A model generated the notes under the pieces. It was not told where the DNA came from and did not search any database. It saw only the letters and a program-made list of their open reading frames with translations. Below, in pieces: positions 39,558-50,577 of a DNA stretch of 64,000 nt; position 1 is the stretch's first letter; every line of letters starts with the position of its first letter. This DNA comes from an uncultured Arcobacter sp. Its GTDB lineage: Bacteria; Campylobacterota; Campylobacteria; Campylobacterales; Arcobacteraceae. Location of the stretch: the NCBI GenBank assembly GCA_965140705.1, contig OZ223300.1:1856001-1920000 (forward strand). Reading direction: 5' to 3'. A program made the position numbers and the translations under genes.

Positions 39558-40270
39558 CTCTCTTTTGTTTTCTCTTTAGCTGCTGTCTCTTCTTTTAGGG
39601 CTTCAGCAGGACTGTCTCCTAATTCACTAGTTTTATCTTCACTAGATTTTTTATCTTTGTTTAATAGTTCTGCTATTCTTTTATCTACAAGTTCTAAAGT
39701 TTTATCTTGAGTTTGATAAGATATTTCTGGAAGTTTTCCTCCCCAAAGTTTTTCAGCTTCATCAAAACCTTTTACGAGACCTTCTCGTGATTTTTTTAAA
39801 AGCTCAACATCATTATTACTAATACTAAACGCAAAATTTGAAACTCTTTCTGAAGTTTTTGCCACACCAAAAAAACCTTCATCTGAAACTAAATCTTTAG
39901 CTTCATCGGCAGTTAATTGAGTGATTGGCTTTCCATTGTAACCTAAATCTTTAAGATTTAGTCCATTAGAACTTTCTCTACCATCTAAAAAATGGAAAAC
40001 CTCTTTATTATTAAATATATTATGCAACATGTCTTGAGCTTCTGTATTTGTTTGAACAAACTCTAAACTCCTAACTTGTACATAAACAAGCATACTTTGC
40101 ATCGAAATGGATACATTAACTGCTTGATTATTTATATCATTTTCAGAACTATCTTCAACTTTTGGTATGTTTTTATCTGTATTAGTATTTGCATTAACTT
40201 CTGCATTTTGATTCATATTTGAACTATGAGCCATAAATGCATTCATTTGAATACTGTTAATACTATTCAT
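39554..40270 (-). CDS. Conserved hypothetical protein
   Basis: LGY.GKPI..L...EA..LVS..GFFG...TS.R, GF..AE..WGG.LPEIS motifs; GGAGG RBS favours ATG at 40270. Confidence 0.7.
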   Translation of the reverse strand: MNSINSIQMNAFMAHSSNMNQNAEVNANTNTDKNIPKVEDSSENDINNQAVNVSISMQSMLVYVQVRSLEFVQTNTEAQDMLHNIFNNKEVFHFLDGRESSNGLNLKDLGYNGKPITQLTADEAKDLVSDEGFFGVAKTSERVSNFAFSISNNDVELLKKSREGLVKGFDEAEKLWGGKLPEISYQTQDKTLELVDKRIAELLNKDKKSSEDKTSELGDSPAEALKEETAAKEKTKES

Positions 40271-40406
40271 TACACACCTCCCCATCAATTAATATACCAA
40301 TATTATCTACACATTTCTTAAAAATAGCTTATAAATATTAACAATTAACATAAAAAAACTTAAATTCTATTAATTCTTTTATAATAAACTTACAATATAA
40401 TACAAA

Positions 40407-41033
40407 ATGATAAATAATAGAGAATATTGTTACGATTGTAATAGAGCAAAAATAAGTTGTCTTTGTGGTTTAATTAAGCCTTTTAATACAAATACTAAGT
40501 TTATTTTTTTGATGCATCCAAAAGAGTTTAGAAAAACAAAAAATAATACAGGTAAAATAACTCACCAATCACTTTTAAATAGTAAAATTTTTGTAGGCAT
40601 TGATTTTTCACAGCACAAAGAATTAAATTCTATTATTAATGATACTAATAACTCATGTTATATACTCTATCCTGGAGTGGATTCTATAAACTTAAGTAAA
40701 AGTAATATGAACATTAAAAAACAAAAAGTAATATTTCTTATTGATTCTACTTGGGCTTGTTCTAAAAAGATATTAAAATTAAGTACAAATTTAAGTTCTT
40801 TACCAAAAATAAGTTTTAACTATGAAAATAGTTCTGCTTATGTATTTAAAAAACAACCATCCAATTATTGTCTATCTACAATAGAGTCAACTTTAGTTCT
40901 TTTAAAACTATTAAATAAACACAATGTTGAAAATATAGATAAAAGCTCTTTAGATAATTTTTTAATTCCATTTAAAAAAATGGTAGAATTCCAAGTTACA
41001 AAGTCCCTTGAAAAAAGTATAAGGTATAAGTAA
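40407..41033 (+). CDS. DTW-domain tRNA-uridine aminocarboxypropyltransferase (TapT-like)
   Basis: C..C.....C.C, HPKE, NTG, DSTW, LST.E. Confidence 0.85.
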   Translation: MINNREYCYDCNRAKISCLCGLIKPFNTNTKFIFLMHPKEFRKTKNNTGKITHQSLLNSKIFVGIDFSQHKELNSIINDTNNSCYILYPGVDSINLSKSNMNIKKQKVIFLIDSTWACSKKILKLSTNLSSLPKISFNYENSSAYVFKKQPSNYCLSTIESTLVLLKLLNKHNVENIDKSSLDNFLIPFKKMVEFQVTKSLEKSIRYK

Positions 41034-42158
41034 TTAAGTAGTTTTAATTATTGAAATATTTTTATTAATATGATTAATATCATTTAAGGTCAAAACAAAT
41101 TTTTCATCCAAAACATTTAACATGAATTTAATCTCAGCATTAGTAAAACCTTCTGCTTCTTTATCTTTTATTTTGATAGTTGTTTCATCAATCTTTACTC
41201 TTTTTAATTGGCCATTTTTGTTTTTAGGATAATAGATTATCCCATAAGTCTTTTGATTTATTTTTTCAATACTTACAATTACTTTATCATCTCGTACTTC
41301 ATAATCATAATCTTTTGCAATTTTTCTAAAATCTTCTATTTTCAAATAACCAATATAGAGTTTTGTATATATATCAAAATATAAATTTAAATCTTTACTA
41401 TTAAAAAAACTCAAATCTACACTAAATCTCTTATTTGATCTAGCTTTATAAAGTATCCATTTTAAAGTTTGGAAATATTTAAAGTTTGAGTGTGAAATTG
41501 TATTTGCTTCAATAAACTTTGGGTCTTTTTTTTCACTAGGAAAAGTAATCCTTTTCTCTTTTTTTCTCTGAATAAGCTCTTTTAGAAAATCTTCATCCTC
41601 AAAATCATTTGTAACCCAAACAGTACAATATGAAGGGAAGTTATTAAGACCTACAGAGCCTTTTGTTAGGACAATCAAAGCCTTTACTTCCAAATAAGGA
41701 AATAAGACTTTTAATAAAGCTTGTTTTTTAAATAATCTTTTATTTAAACTAGCCGTCTTTTTAGAAGTACTCATTTCCACAAAGTATATTTCATTATTTG
41801 TAAAAAAAAGCGCATCAAACTCACTAATATCTTTGTATGAAGCTTTATAAACGATTTGATTGCTATTGTCAATCAATAGCCCACTTTTATTTTGAATTAA
41901 TCCTCTTTTTTGATGTGGACCTTTTAAAATAAATTTTTTTATTTCAGGAGCAGTTTTAGCATATTCTAGAAGTAGTTCATAAATTATATTTTCATAAACT
42001 TCACCTTTAAAACTGCTAAAAAAATGTTCTAGTTCTTCTGTGGGATTTTTAAAATATGCAGATAATCTTTTTATATCATATTTATAGCTAAAAAGATTAT
42101 CTTTAATATTTGTTAGATTTAGATTTTTTACATCATCAGATATTGAAAATTGACTCAC
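41034..42158 (-). CDS. Hypothetical protein, possible PD-(D/E)XK fold
   Basis: GEVYE...EFDAL......YFVE spacing. Confidence 0.55.
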   Translation of the reverse strand: MSQFSISDDVKNLNLTNIKDNLFSYKYDIKRLSAYFKNPTEELEHFFSSFKGEVYENIIYELLLEYAKTAPEIKKFILKGPHQKRGLIQNKSGLLIDNSNQIVYKASYKDISEFDALFFTNNEIYFVEMSTSKKTASLNKRLFKKQALLKVLFPYLEVKALIVLTKGSVGLNNFPSYCTVWVTNDFEDEDFLKELIQRKKEKRITFPSEKKDPKFIEANTISHSNFKYFQTLKWILYKARSNKRFSVDLSFFNSKDLNLYFDIYTKLYIGYLKIEDFRKIAKDYDYEVRDDKVIVSIEKINQKTYGIIYYPKNKNGQLKRVKIDETTIKIKDKEAEGFTNAEIKFMLNVLDEKFVLTLNDINHINKNISIIKTT

Positions 42159-42241
42159 TACTCTACTTGTTATTTTATTTATATTTATTATAACTAAAGA
42201 GTTCTATTTTATAAATTAAAATATTTGATATTATTATTTTA

Positions 42242-43480
42242 TTAATATTTACTCTTTCTTATTTTATTTATATTTAAAAGCATAGCCAATGAGATAATTA
42301 AAGCGACTATAAAAAATCCTGCAAATACATAAAGTGTTTGAGAATAACTTCCTGTCATATCTTTTACAATAGAGATAATCAATGGCCCCACAAGTCCTGC
42401 AGCTGCCCAGGCAGTTAAAATATAACCATGAATAGCACCTAACTCTTTTGTTCCAAAGATATCTCCAATATATGCAGGAATAGAAGCAAACCCTCCCCCA
42501 TAACAAGACATAATAAAATATAAAACAAATTGGAAAACTACAATTTCAGTAATTGAGGGCAACATATAAAAGGCAATAGCTTGTGTAAAGAAAAAGATTA
42601 TGTAAACTACAGGTCTAGTTAGATAATCAGATAATGAAGCCCAAACAATTCTTCCTGCACCATTAAATATCCCCATAAGACCAACAGCAGCAGCTGCTGC
42701 TAAAGCTGATATTCCAATAACTTCTTGTAATAAAGGAGAAGCAACACCAATAATTGCAATTCCACAAGTTACGTTAATAAATAACATTAACCAAAGACCA
42801 TAAAACCTTGGTGTTTTGATGGCTTCATTTAATCCAAGACTTTGCAAATCTTCTTTTAGTTTTTTCTTACCTTCTTTTAGCTTCTTCTTAAAATGCTCAG
42901 GCATATAATCTTTTTCGGGAGCTTGTAAATATAAAGCAGATAAAGACATAATCACAAAATAAGAAAAACCTAGTATAAAAAAAGTACTTGAAATACCTAC
43001 TTTTCCAATAAGTATTTTAATAGTTGGTCCCCAAATAGCTGAAGCAAAACCAAATCCCATAATAGCTAATCCTGTTGCCATTCCCCTTTTGTCGGGAAAC
43101 CACTTAACTAAAGTAGAAACAGGAGAAATATAACCTATACCTAAACCACAGCCACCCAAAACTCCATAAAAAAAGTATAAAAGTAGTTTTGACTCCATCA
43201 GTATTGCAAGACCAGAACCCATAGTTCCTATTCCAAATAATGATGCAGCAATTAAAGCTGAAACCCTTGGACCATTTTTTTCAACAAATTTCCCCATTAG
43301 GGCTGCTGATAAGCCTAAAAAGAAAATTGCAATACTAAAGGCAATTGTTACATCAGTTAAATTCCAAGACATCTGTTCTTGAATCGGTTTTACATATACA
43401 CTCCATGCATATACAGAACCTATACATAAATGAACACCAACAGCAGATAAAGCCATAAGCCAACGGTTTTTTTCAATCAT
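42242..43480 (-). CDS. OFA-family MFS transporter
   Basis: G.VYAWS, GYISPV...KWFPD.RG.ATG, FNG.GR..W...SD, YGGGF. Confidence 0.9.
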   Translation of the reverse strand: MIEKNRWLMALSAVGVHLCIGSVYAWSVYVKPIQEQMSWNLTDVTIAFSIAIFFLGLSAALMGKFVEKNGPRVSALIAASLFGIGTMGSGLAILMESKLLLYFFYGVLGGCGLGIGYISPVSTLVKWFPDKRGMATGLAIMGFGFASAIWGPTIKILIGKVGISSTFFILGFSYFVIMSLSALYLQAPEKDYMPEHFKKKLKEGKKKLKEDLQSLGLNEAIKTPRFYGLWLMLFINVTCGIAIIGVASPLLQEVIGISALAAAAAVGLMGIFNGAGRIVWASLSDYLTRPVVYIIFFFTQAIAFYMLPSITEIVVFQFVLYFIMSCYGGGFASIPAYIGDIFGTKELGAIHGYILTAWAAAGLVGPLIISIVKDMTGSYSQTLYVFAGFFIVALIISLAMLLNINKIRKSKY

Positions 43481-43535
43481 AATATTCCCCACTCTTAAAG
43501 TAATTAAGATTCTAGCAAATATTATTTAAACTTAT

Positions 43536-43757
43536 CTATATTTTATAGTGTAGTTTTTTTATAAAATTTTCACTATCTTCTTGAAAAGATAAAATACATT
43601 TTTTACAAATACAAGCTTTCATCCTGTTTTCTTGGGGAATTAATTCTCTCAATTCCATAGGTACTTTTATATTATTGCACCAACAAGAGTTATTTGGAAT
43701 ATGAGCTTCACATAAATTTTCATTACCACAAAAAGGACATATTTTAGGATTTATCAA
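43536..43757 (-). CDS. Cysteine-rich CWC family protein
   Basis: CP.CG..N.C, CWC, C.C..C. Confidence 0.85.
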   Translation of the reverse strand: MINPKICPFCGNENLCEAHIPNNSCWCNNIKVPMELRELIPQENRMKACICKKCILSFQEDSENFIKKLHYKI

Positions 43758-44671
43758 TTTATTTTCCTTTTAAAAATCATATTTTTCAAGCTTTTTTCTT
43801 CATTGTTACTAGGAAAAGTATCTAAATTATCCAGTCTTTTTACAAATTCAAATTCACTAGCATTTTCTTCAAATAAGTTTTTTATAAAAACTGTATCTAA
43901 TTCAGGAGCATTGAGGCAAGATAAAACTATGCAATCTTCACTTGCCAATTCCTTTAATCTTCGAATAATCTTTTCATAATCTTTACTTGCTGCAAAACTT
44001 CCCTTTTGAAAAGATGGTGGATCTATAATAATAATCTCATATGGAGCATATTTTTTAATTCTACTCCATGATTTTAAAATATTATATGGTAAAAATTTCA
44101 CATTTTTTGTATCCAAATTATTTATTCTATGATTTTCTCTTCCAGTGCTTAGTGCACCCTTTGACATATCTACATTTACAACTTGTTTTGCCCCAGCACT
44201 AATTGATACAACTGAAAAAGCGCAAGTATATGAAAAAAGATTTAAAATATTTTTATTTTTTGCTATTGATTTAATAAATTCTCGCCCTATTTTCATATCA
44301 GGAAATAAACCTATATTTTGATTTGAAAAATTAATATTATATTTAAGAGTATTTTCTATTGCATATGCATTATTTGGTAAACTACCCCTTAATACTTCAT
44401 AAGAATCTTCTTTTAAATATCTTTTTTGAATAATCAAAGAAGAAAAATTCATTTCTTCAAATATTTCATTAAATATTTTCTTTAAATCAGCTTCTACTAT
44501 TTCATCAATACTTTGGAACAAGCTAATAAATAAAACCTTATCTATTTTATCAACACATAAATAAGCAAAGTCTTCATAAAAATTACCCCTACCATGAAAA
44601 ACTCTTTTAAATTCATTTGTACTATTTTTTAAATTGAGTAATATTAATTCTTTTAATTGAGTAATATTCAT
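43754..44671 (-). CDS. Class I SAM-dependent methyltransferase (RlmI-like)
   Basis: GLF.DM, LNLFSYT..FS, VD.S, DPPSF. Confidence 0.85.
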   Translation of the reverse strand: MNITQLKELILLNLKNSTNEFKRVFHGRGNFYEDFAYLCVDKIDKVLFISLFQSIDEIVEADLKKIFNEIFEEMNFSSLIIQKRYLKEDSYEVLRGSLPNNAYAIENTLKYNINFSNQNIGLFPDMKIGREFIKSIAKNKNILNLFSYTCAFSVVSISAGAKQVVNVDMSKGALSTGRENHRINNLDTKNVKFLPYNILKSWSRIKKYAPYEIIIIDPPSFQKGSFAASKDYEKIIRRLKELASEDCIVLSCLNAPELDTVFIKNLFEENASEFEFVKRLDNLDTFPSNNEEKSLKNMIFKRKIN

Positions 44672-44722
44672 GAAATACCTTATTTATAAATAATTTGGAG
44701 ATTTTGAGTGTTTAAAGTAGTA

Positions 44723-44751
44723 TTTAAAAAGGGATAGTACCCCTTTTTAAA
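44723..44751 (-). terminator. Rho-independent terminator after RRM gene
   Basis: TTTAAAAAGGG-ATAGTAC-CCCTTTTTAAA just past the stop. Confidence 0.7.
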
Positions 44752-44759
44752 GTTTTAGA

Positions 44760-45038
44760 TTAATATCTATTGTTGAATTCTCTTCTTGGTTTATCTTCTT
44801 TTGGTTTAGCTTCATTAATTCTTAAAGTTCTACCTTCAAACTCTTTACCATTTAGTTCTTCAATAGCCTTTAGTGCTGCGCTATCATCATTCATAGCAAC
44901 AAAACCAAATCCCTTAGCTCTACCAGTATCTCTATCTGTTATTAATTTTACACTACTAACTTCCCCATATTGTGAAAATAAAGTAGTTAAACCCTCTTCT
45001 GTTGTACCGTAAGACATATTACCCACATAAATTTGCAT
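44760..45038 (-). CDS. RRM RNA-binding protein
   Basis: RNP2 IYVGNM and RNP1 KGFGFV. Confidence 0.95.
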   Translation of the reverse strand: MQIYVGNMSYGTTEEGLTTLFSQYGEVSSVKLITDRDTGRAKGFGFVAMNDDSAALKAIEELNGKEFEGRTLRINEAKPKEDKPRREFNNRY

Positions 45039-45236
45039 TTTTCTTTTTTCCTTTTAATATGTATATTTCCAATAAAAATTATACATACAATGAAAATATC
45101 AATAGTTAGTATAAAGTCATTAAAAAATATTTTCAATTATACAATAATAATTGATACTTTTGTCATTTTTATGAATTTTTTAGAAATTTTAAAAGTTTTA
45201 TATCCATTTTCTACCCAATTTTTCAATCATTCTTTA

Positions 45237-46196
45237 TCACTTAATTAAAAATGGATTATATATAGATTTAAATAATTTTACATCTTTTACATCTTTAAAC
45301 AAGAGCTTTATTCCTTCGTGTTCATTTAAATTTCCATGTACCAAAATTATATTTCCATCTATCGCTACTTTTTTTGATTTTACCAACCAATTACTTGTTC
45401 CAAGAGGAATCAGGGAAAATTCATTTATCACTCTTTTATTAATTTTTGCACTTGATATTAGACCAGGAAACCTAAAAAATATAGATGGTATCTGATTATT
45501 TAACAGCAACATTTTTTCCACATCTAAAATTTCAACATCTAAATTGGTTTTAAAATAAAGCATAAAGTTCTTTTCTAATACTTTTTCATTTTTATCATAA
45601 TAATGATTTCGAGAATGATTTATCCAAGTTATATCTAGTTTTTTATTATTTATAAGAGATAAAAACTCTTTTTTATGTGCCTTTACCCATCTATAGGTTA
45701 TAGAAATAGCAATTGGAATTTTTCTGTTTACCTCTTTTAAGTTTAAAAACTTTTCAAATAACTCCTTTTCATATCCTTTTTTAGAAGAAGGGCACATATC
45801 TATAGTAAGATACATTTCATGGGGGTTCTTTTTTATACTGTCATTAATACCAGCATTTGATATTGGAAAAGAGTTTTCTAGGGCTCTATTAACTAAAATA
45901 TCATAATTGGTATTTTTCAAAATAGATTTATCTACTTTTTCTAATTTACTTTTTTCATTTTGTGTTAGTATTATTGTTTTCAAGCTATTAAGATTAATAG
46001 CCAAAAAGAAAGATTTAGATTTATAATTATAAGACCTTATTAATAAAAACTTATTTTCAGAGTCTTTATAAAAAGATTTTATAACTTTATAGTTTTTTAT
46101 TTTTGAAGTATCTAGTTGTACATTGGCTTTTAATGGAATTAAAGCCAATAATACAAAGGCAATAAAATAGTAGAAAAATACTTTAGATTTTTTCAT
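45237..46196 (-). CDS. Exported polysaccharide deacetylase-like protein
   Basis: Signal peptide; LTID, NHS..H, FRFPG, LVHGN. Confidence 0.75.
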   Translation of the reverse strand: MKKSKVFFYYFIAFVLLALIPLKANVQLDTSKIKNYKVIKSFYKDSENKFLLIRSYNYKSKSFFLAINLNSLKTIILTQNEKSKLEKVDKSILKNTNYDILVNRALENSFPISNAGINDSIKKNPHEMYLTIDMCPSSKKGYEKELFEKFLNLKEVNRKIPIAISITYRWVKAHKKEFLSLINNKKLDITWINHSRNHYYDKNEKVLEKNFMLYFKTNLDVEILDVEKMLLLNNQIPSIFFRFPGLISSAKINKRVINEFSLIPLGTSNWLVKSKKVAIDGNIILVHGNLNEHEGIKLLFKDVKDVKLFKSIYNPFLIK

Positions 46197-46259
46197 ATAA
46201 TCTCAATAATTAATTTTATGTATTATATGTAAAAAGATATTAAAATAAATACTATTTTT

Positions 46260-46613
46260 TCAACTTTTTAGTTTCAAAAAATCTCCATCAATTATCAGTA
46301 GTTTTACACCCTCTTTTGTAAATGAACGATGAGAACTCAATTCATCTGAAACTATATATGACATACCAGGTTTCAAAATAGAACTTTCCCCATCTTTTTG
46401 TTCATTTATAACTTCACCATCTAAGCAATAAACAATATGACCTTTTTCACACCAATGATCAGCAACATAATTTGCAGAATATGTTACAACTCTTACTCTT
46501 AATCCTTCAAATTGCAAAGTTTGCCAATATGCTGTTCCAGACTCACCCTTATGCTCTGTTTTTGGTATATTTGACCAATCTATTGTTTGAAAAGGTATAT
46601 TCCTATTATTCAT
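46260..46613 (-). CDS. DHCW-motif cupin fold protein
   Basis: ADHWCEKGH, SSHRS. Confidence 0.85.
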   Translation of the reverse strand: MNNRNIPFQTIDWSNIPKTEHKGESGTAYWQTLQFEGLRVRVVTYSANYVADHWCEKGHIVYCLDGEVINEQKDGESSILKPGMSYIVSDELSSHRSFTKEGVKLLIIDGDFLKLKS

Positions 46614-46727
46614 TTTTTCTCTTTTAATATTATTTTCAATATGGTAGCTAAAATAGTTAAAATTTATTTTATAAATCTACTATTTAAGTTTAATAAATTA
46701 TTAAATCTTATTTGATAATATGAACAA

Positions 46728-48302
46728 ATGAATAATAAATTACAAATGGTTTATACCTACCACAATGAAACAAAACATTCCCAACAAAGATATGCAAAAT
46801 CTTTAGGATATATGGATTGGGCAACACAACCAAATCCATATAGAACATATATAGATACAAAGAAAATAAAACTGCCTCTATCTTTTGAAAATAAGACTTT
46901 GGAATATAGCCAAATATTTAATCAAAAAAAAGAAGATACCTTATCTGCACCCCTATGCAAAGAAGCTATCTCACAATTCTTTCAGTTTTCCCTTGGGCTT
47001 GCTGCGATTAAAGAATATCAAGGTCAATCTTGGGCCTTAAGATGTAATGCCTCAAGCGGAAACCTACAACCAAGTGAAGCCTATCTTATAGCAAATGATA
47101 TACCAGGTATTGATGATGGACTTTTCCACTATTGCCCACTTGACCATGAACTTGAATTATTATCAAATGCAAATGAAGAATTAACCCTACCCAAAAATAG
47201 TTTTTTGGTCTGTTTATCATCAATAGTATGGAGAGAGGCTTGGAAATATGGAGAAAGAGCTTGGAGATATACTCAACTTGATTGTGGACACGCTTTAAAA
47301 GCCTTAGAAATTTCAGCTTTAATTTTAGGTTGGAAGATTGAAGTAGTAAATACAAAAGATTCTACTCTTCAAAATCTAATAGGATTTGATCAAGCCCAAA
47401 GATTTATACCCCAAGAGCGAGAACTTCCTGATATGTTATTATTAGTCTCTTTTAATGATATTTCAGAAAATAAATTAAAAGAAATAGATATTAATAAAAT
47501 AAGAGATTCATTGGAAAAAACTTACAGAGGAAAAGCAAACCAATTAAGTCATAATTGGCACAAGTGGGATATCTTAGAAAAAATAGAAGATGCAACTTTA
47601 AGTGATGATTTAGAGATTAAAGAATATATAAATGACAAATATGAAATAAATCATTACAGAGAAACTTCATTTTTAGCAAAAGATATTGTATTAAATCGAC
47701 GTTCAGCACAAATAATGGATAAAGATAACTCAAATATCACAAAAAAAGAGTTTGAGACTATTCTAGCTTCTGTAAAATCAGATAAGGCATCTATACACTT
47801 AGTAATCTTTATACATAACGTAACAGATATTGAACAAGGGCTTTACATATTAGTTCGTAATCAAAACCATAAAGAGCAATTACAAACTCTATTTAAAAAA
47901 GAGTTTCTTTGGGAAAAAGTTGATACCAACGCAGGTTTATTATATAAACTTGAAGAGGGAGATTTTAAATTCCTATCAAAAGCTATTTCTTGTAATCAAG
48001 ATATTGCAAGTAATGGAGCATTTACACTTGGAATGTTAGCCCAGTTTTCAAATCAATTAGAACAATTTGGAGCTTCAAGGTATAAGCAACTTTATTGGGA
48101 TTGTGGAGCTATTGGACAGCAACTCTATTTAGAAGCTACCTCGCTAAAACTTTCAGCCACTGGTATTGGATGCTTTTTAGATGATATACTTCATGGAGCA
48201 CTTGGTTTACAAACAAATCATTTCCAAACACTTTATCATTTTACAATAGGAAGAGGATTGATTGATACTAGGCTCTCAACTAAAAAACCCTATATTGACT
48301 AA
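46728..48302 (+). CDS. SagB/ThcOx-family two-domain nitroreductase
   Basis: YH..TKH, LR.N.SSGNL.P, KYG.RA.RY, RRSA, GIGCF.D. Confidence 0.85.
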   Translation: MNNKLQMVYTYHNETKHSQQRYAKSLGYMDWATQPNPYRTYIDTKKIKLPLSFENKTLEYSQIFNQKKEDTLSAPLCKEAISQFFQFSLGLAAIKEYQGQSWALRCNASSGNLQPSEAYLIANDIPGIDDGLFHYCPLDHELELLSNANEELTLPKNSFLVCLSSIVWREAWKYGERAWRYTQLDCGHALKALEISALILGWKIEVVNTKDSTLQNLIGFDQAQRFIPQERELPDMLLLVSFNDISENKLKEIDINKIRDSLEKTYRGKANQLSHNWHKWDILEKIEDATLSDDLEIKEYINDKYEINHYRETSFLAKDIVLNRRSAQIMDKDNSNITKKEFETILASVKSDKASIHLVIFIHNVTDIEQGLYILVRNQNHKEQLQTLFKKEFLWEKVDTNAGLLYKLEEGDFKFLSKAISCNQDIASNGAFTLGMLAQFSNQLEQFGASRYKQLYWDCGAIGQQLYLEATSLKLSATGIGCFLDDILHGALGLQTNHFQTLYHFTIGRGLIDTRLSTKKPYID

Positions 48303-48360
48303 ATAATCATACTATTAAAAAGAAGTGGCTAAAATTCTATAAATAATAAATAGGATTTAA

Positions 48361-49209
48361 ATGAATACTTTTTTCTCAATAGATGAACTTAAAAACTATG
48401 CCTATATAATAATAGGCTCTGTTTTTTTAGCCCTTGCAGTTGTTGGTTTTTTTGCACCTAGTGAACTTATCACAGGAGGAACTGCTGGACTTGCCTTATT
48501 AATTCACTATATTACAAGTTTAACCATTGGTACAATAATTGTTTTAATTAACTTTCCTCTAATCTTACTTGGTATTAAATTCCTTGGAAAAATGTTTGCT
48601 GTTCGAACAATTATTACTATTCTTTTAATATCTATATTTATTGATTTACTAACTCAAGTAGTTCATTTAAAACCTTTTATTGTAGATAATGCCTTAGGTG
48701 CTATTTTTGGTGGTATTTTTGTAGGTATTGGATTGGCTTTTATTATAAAAGGAGAATCAACTGCTGGTGGCTCAACCATCTTAGCAAAAATAATTTCATC
48801 AAAAACAGAATTAAAACCTGGACAAGTTATTTTAGTAATCGACTTTATGATTATTTTCTCATCACTTTTTATTCTTGAAGATACAGGAAAAGTATTATGG
48901 AGTATTATAAGTATTTATATTACAGCAAAGGTTATTGATGTAATGCTAACTGGTAATCTTAATAAAAAAGTTGTCTATTTAGTTACTCAAAAAACCGACC
49001 TTTTTAAAGAATTAATTAGAAATGAATTAGGACCCCAAGGAACCATAATAAGAGGTGATGGTCTTTTTGATAATGAAGATAAAAAAATGATTTTAATTGT
49101 TGTAAAAGTTGATAAACTACAAAAATTAAGAGAACTTGTAAAAAAGAATGATCCAGATGGATTTCTAATCATCACAGAAGCTACAGAAATGCTAGGACGT
49201 GGACATTAA
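48361..49209 (+). CDS. YitT family membrane protein
   Basis: GG.AG, N.PL, G...GG..I, DP..F motifs. Confidence 0.87.
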   Translation: MNTFFSIDELKNYAYIIIGSVFLALAVVGFFAPSELITGGTAGLALLIHYITSLTIGTIIVLINFPLILLGIKFLGKMFAVRTIITILLISIFIDLLTQVVHLKPFIVDNALGAIFGGIFVGIGLAFIIKGESTAGGSTILAKIISSKTELKPGQVILVIDFMIIFSSLFILEDTGKVLWSIISIYITAKVIDVMLTGNLNKKVVYLVTQKTDLFKELIRNELGPQGTIIRGDGLFDNEDKKMILIVVKVDKLQKLRELVKKNDPDGFLIITEATEMLGRGH

Positions 49210-49314
49210 CCATTAATTTAAACTTCTATTTTTATCTAATATAAAAACAAAAGCCACTTTTAAGACACTTAATATAGTTATAGTTTATGACTAAAACATA
49301 TAAAAAGGAAATAT

Positions 49315-50550
49315 ATGGCTAAGAAGTCGTTATTAAAAAACATAGGATTTCAAATCTTAATTGCTATGATTTTGGGTACCGTTATAGGTATCATTATGGG
49401 AGAAGAAGCATCAATTTTCGCTCCTTTAGGTACCATTTTTATTCACTTAATAAAAATGCTAGTTATACCATTAATAGTTATTTCTATTATCTCTGGGGCT
49501 GCAAATTTGAGTGATAGTCCAAGTGCTGGAAAAGTAGGAATAGGAACAATTGTATTCTTTCTTGCAACTTCTGCAATTGCGGTTGCCCTTGCCCTTCTTG
49601 CAGGTGAAATATTCAAACCAGGTGTTGGTTTAGACTTAAGTAGTGTTCATCATATGTTCTCAAATCAATATGCAGATAAAGGTGAATTACCAACTGCAAT
49701 AGAGACAGTTATAGGAATGATTCCTACAAATATATTCCAATCACTTTTAGATGCAAACATCCTACAAATTTTAGTATTTTGTCTATTTTTTGGTATTGCT
49801 CTTTCAAAAGTACCAAAAGAAAAAAGTGCTCCTATTATGAATAGTTTAGAAGCTACAACTCAAGCACTAATTTGGATGGTAACAGTAGTTATGTTATTGG
49901 CACCAATTGGGGTATTTGGGCTTATGGCTGATTCTGTTGGAACATACGGGTTTGAAATGCTTGAACTTGTTGGAAAACTATTTCTTGTATATATTGGTGC
50001 CCTATTAGTTTATGGTTATGGTTTTTATCCTTTATTAATTAAACTATTCTCAAAAATGCCAGTAATTGAATTTATTTCTGCTATGAAAAAACCTCAAATA
50101 GTAGCATTATCAACAGCTTCATCTATGGCAACACTTCCTGTTAATATGAAAACATGTGAAGAAGAACTTAAAATTTCTAAATCAACTTGTTCTTTTGTCC
50201 TTCCATTGGGAGCAACTATTAATATGAGTGGAAATGCTATTTATTATGGTTTAGTTGCAATTTTCTTTGCCCAAGTTTACAATATTGACTTAGGTGTTGG
50301 TGGATATGTAGCTATTATCTTTACTGCAACAATTGGTGCTATTGGACAAGCAGGAGTTCCTGGTCCTTCATTCTTAGTAGTTGCTGTCTTAATTGCAGCT
50401 GGTATTCCAATAGAAGGTTTACCTTTACTTTTTGCACTAGATAGAATGTTTGATATGACAAGAACTGCTTTAAATATCACTGGTGATGCAGCTTGTGCTG
50501 TTATTATTGATAACTATAACACTAAAAAAGATAAATTAGAAATGATATAA
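49315..50550 (+). CDS. Dicarboxylate/amino acid:cation symporter (DAACS)
   Basis: STASS.ATLP, PLGATINM.G, D...DM.RT..N..GD. Confidence 0.93.
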   Translation: MAKKSLLKNIGFQILIAMILGTVIGIIMGEEASIFAPLGTIFIHLIKMLVIPLIVISIISGAANLSDSPSAGKVGIGTIVFFLATSAIAVALALLAGEIFKPGVGLDLSSVHHMFSNQYADKGELPTAIETVIGMIPTNIFQSLLDANILQILVFCLFFGIALSKVPKEKSAPIMNSLEATTQALIWMVTVVMLLAPIGVFGLMADSVGTYGFEMLELVGKLFLVYIGALLVYGYGFYPLLIKLFSKMPVIEFISAMKKPQIVALSTASSMATLPVNMKTCEEELKISKSTCSFVLPLGATINMSGNAIYYGLVAIFFAQVYNIDLGVGGYVAIIFTATIGAIGQAGVPGPSFLVVAVLIAAGIPIEGLPLLFALDRMFDMTRTALNITGDAACAVIIDNYNTKKDKLEMI

Positions 50551-50577
50551 AAAGAAGAGTTTTAAACTCTTCTTTTT
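50549..50577. terminator. Bidirectional terminator overlapping eamA 3' end
   Basis: AAAAAGAAGAGTTT-T-AAACTCTTCTTTTT perfect inverted repeat between convergent genes. Confidence 0.75.

Noticed and set aside
46728..48302. SagB-type enzyme as part of a RiPP cluster
   Set aside because: No YcaO, precursor peptide or peptide exporter nearby
48323..49259. AAGTGGCT / AGCCACTT inverted 8-mers flanking yitT
   Set aside because: Too short, no transposase or target duplication; likely chance
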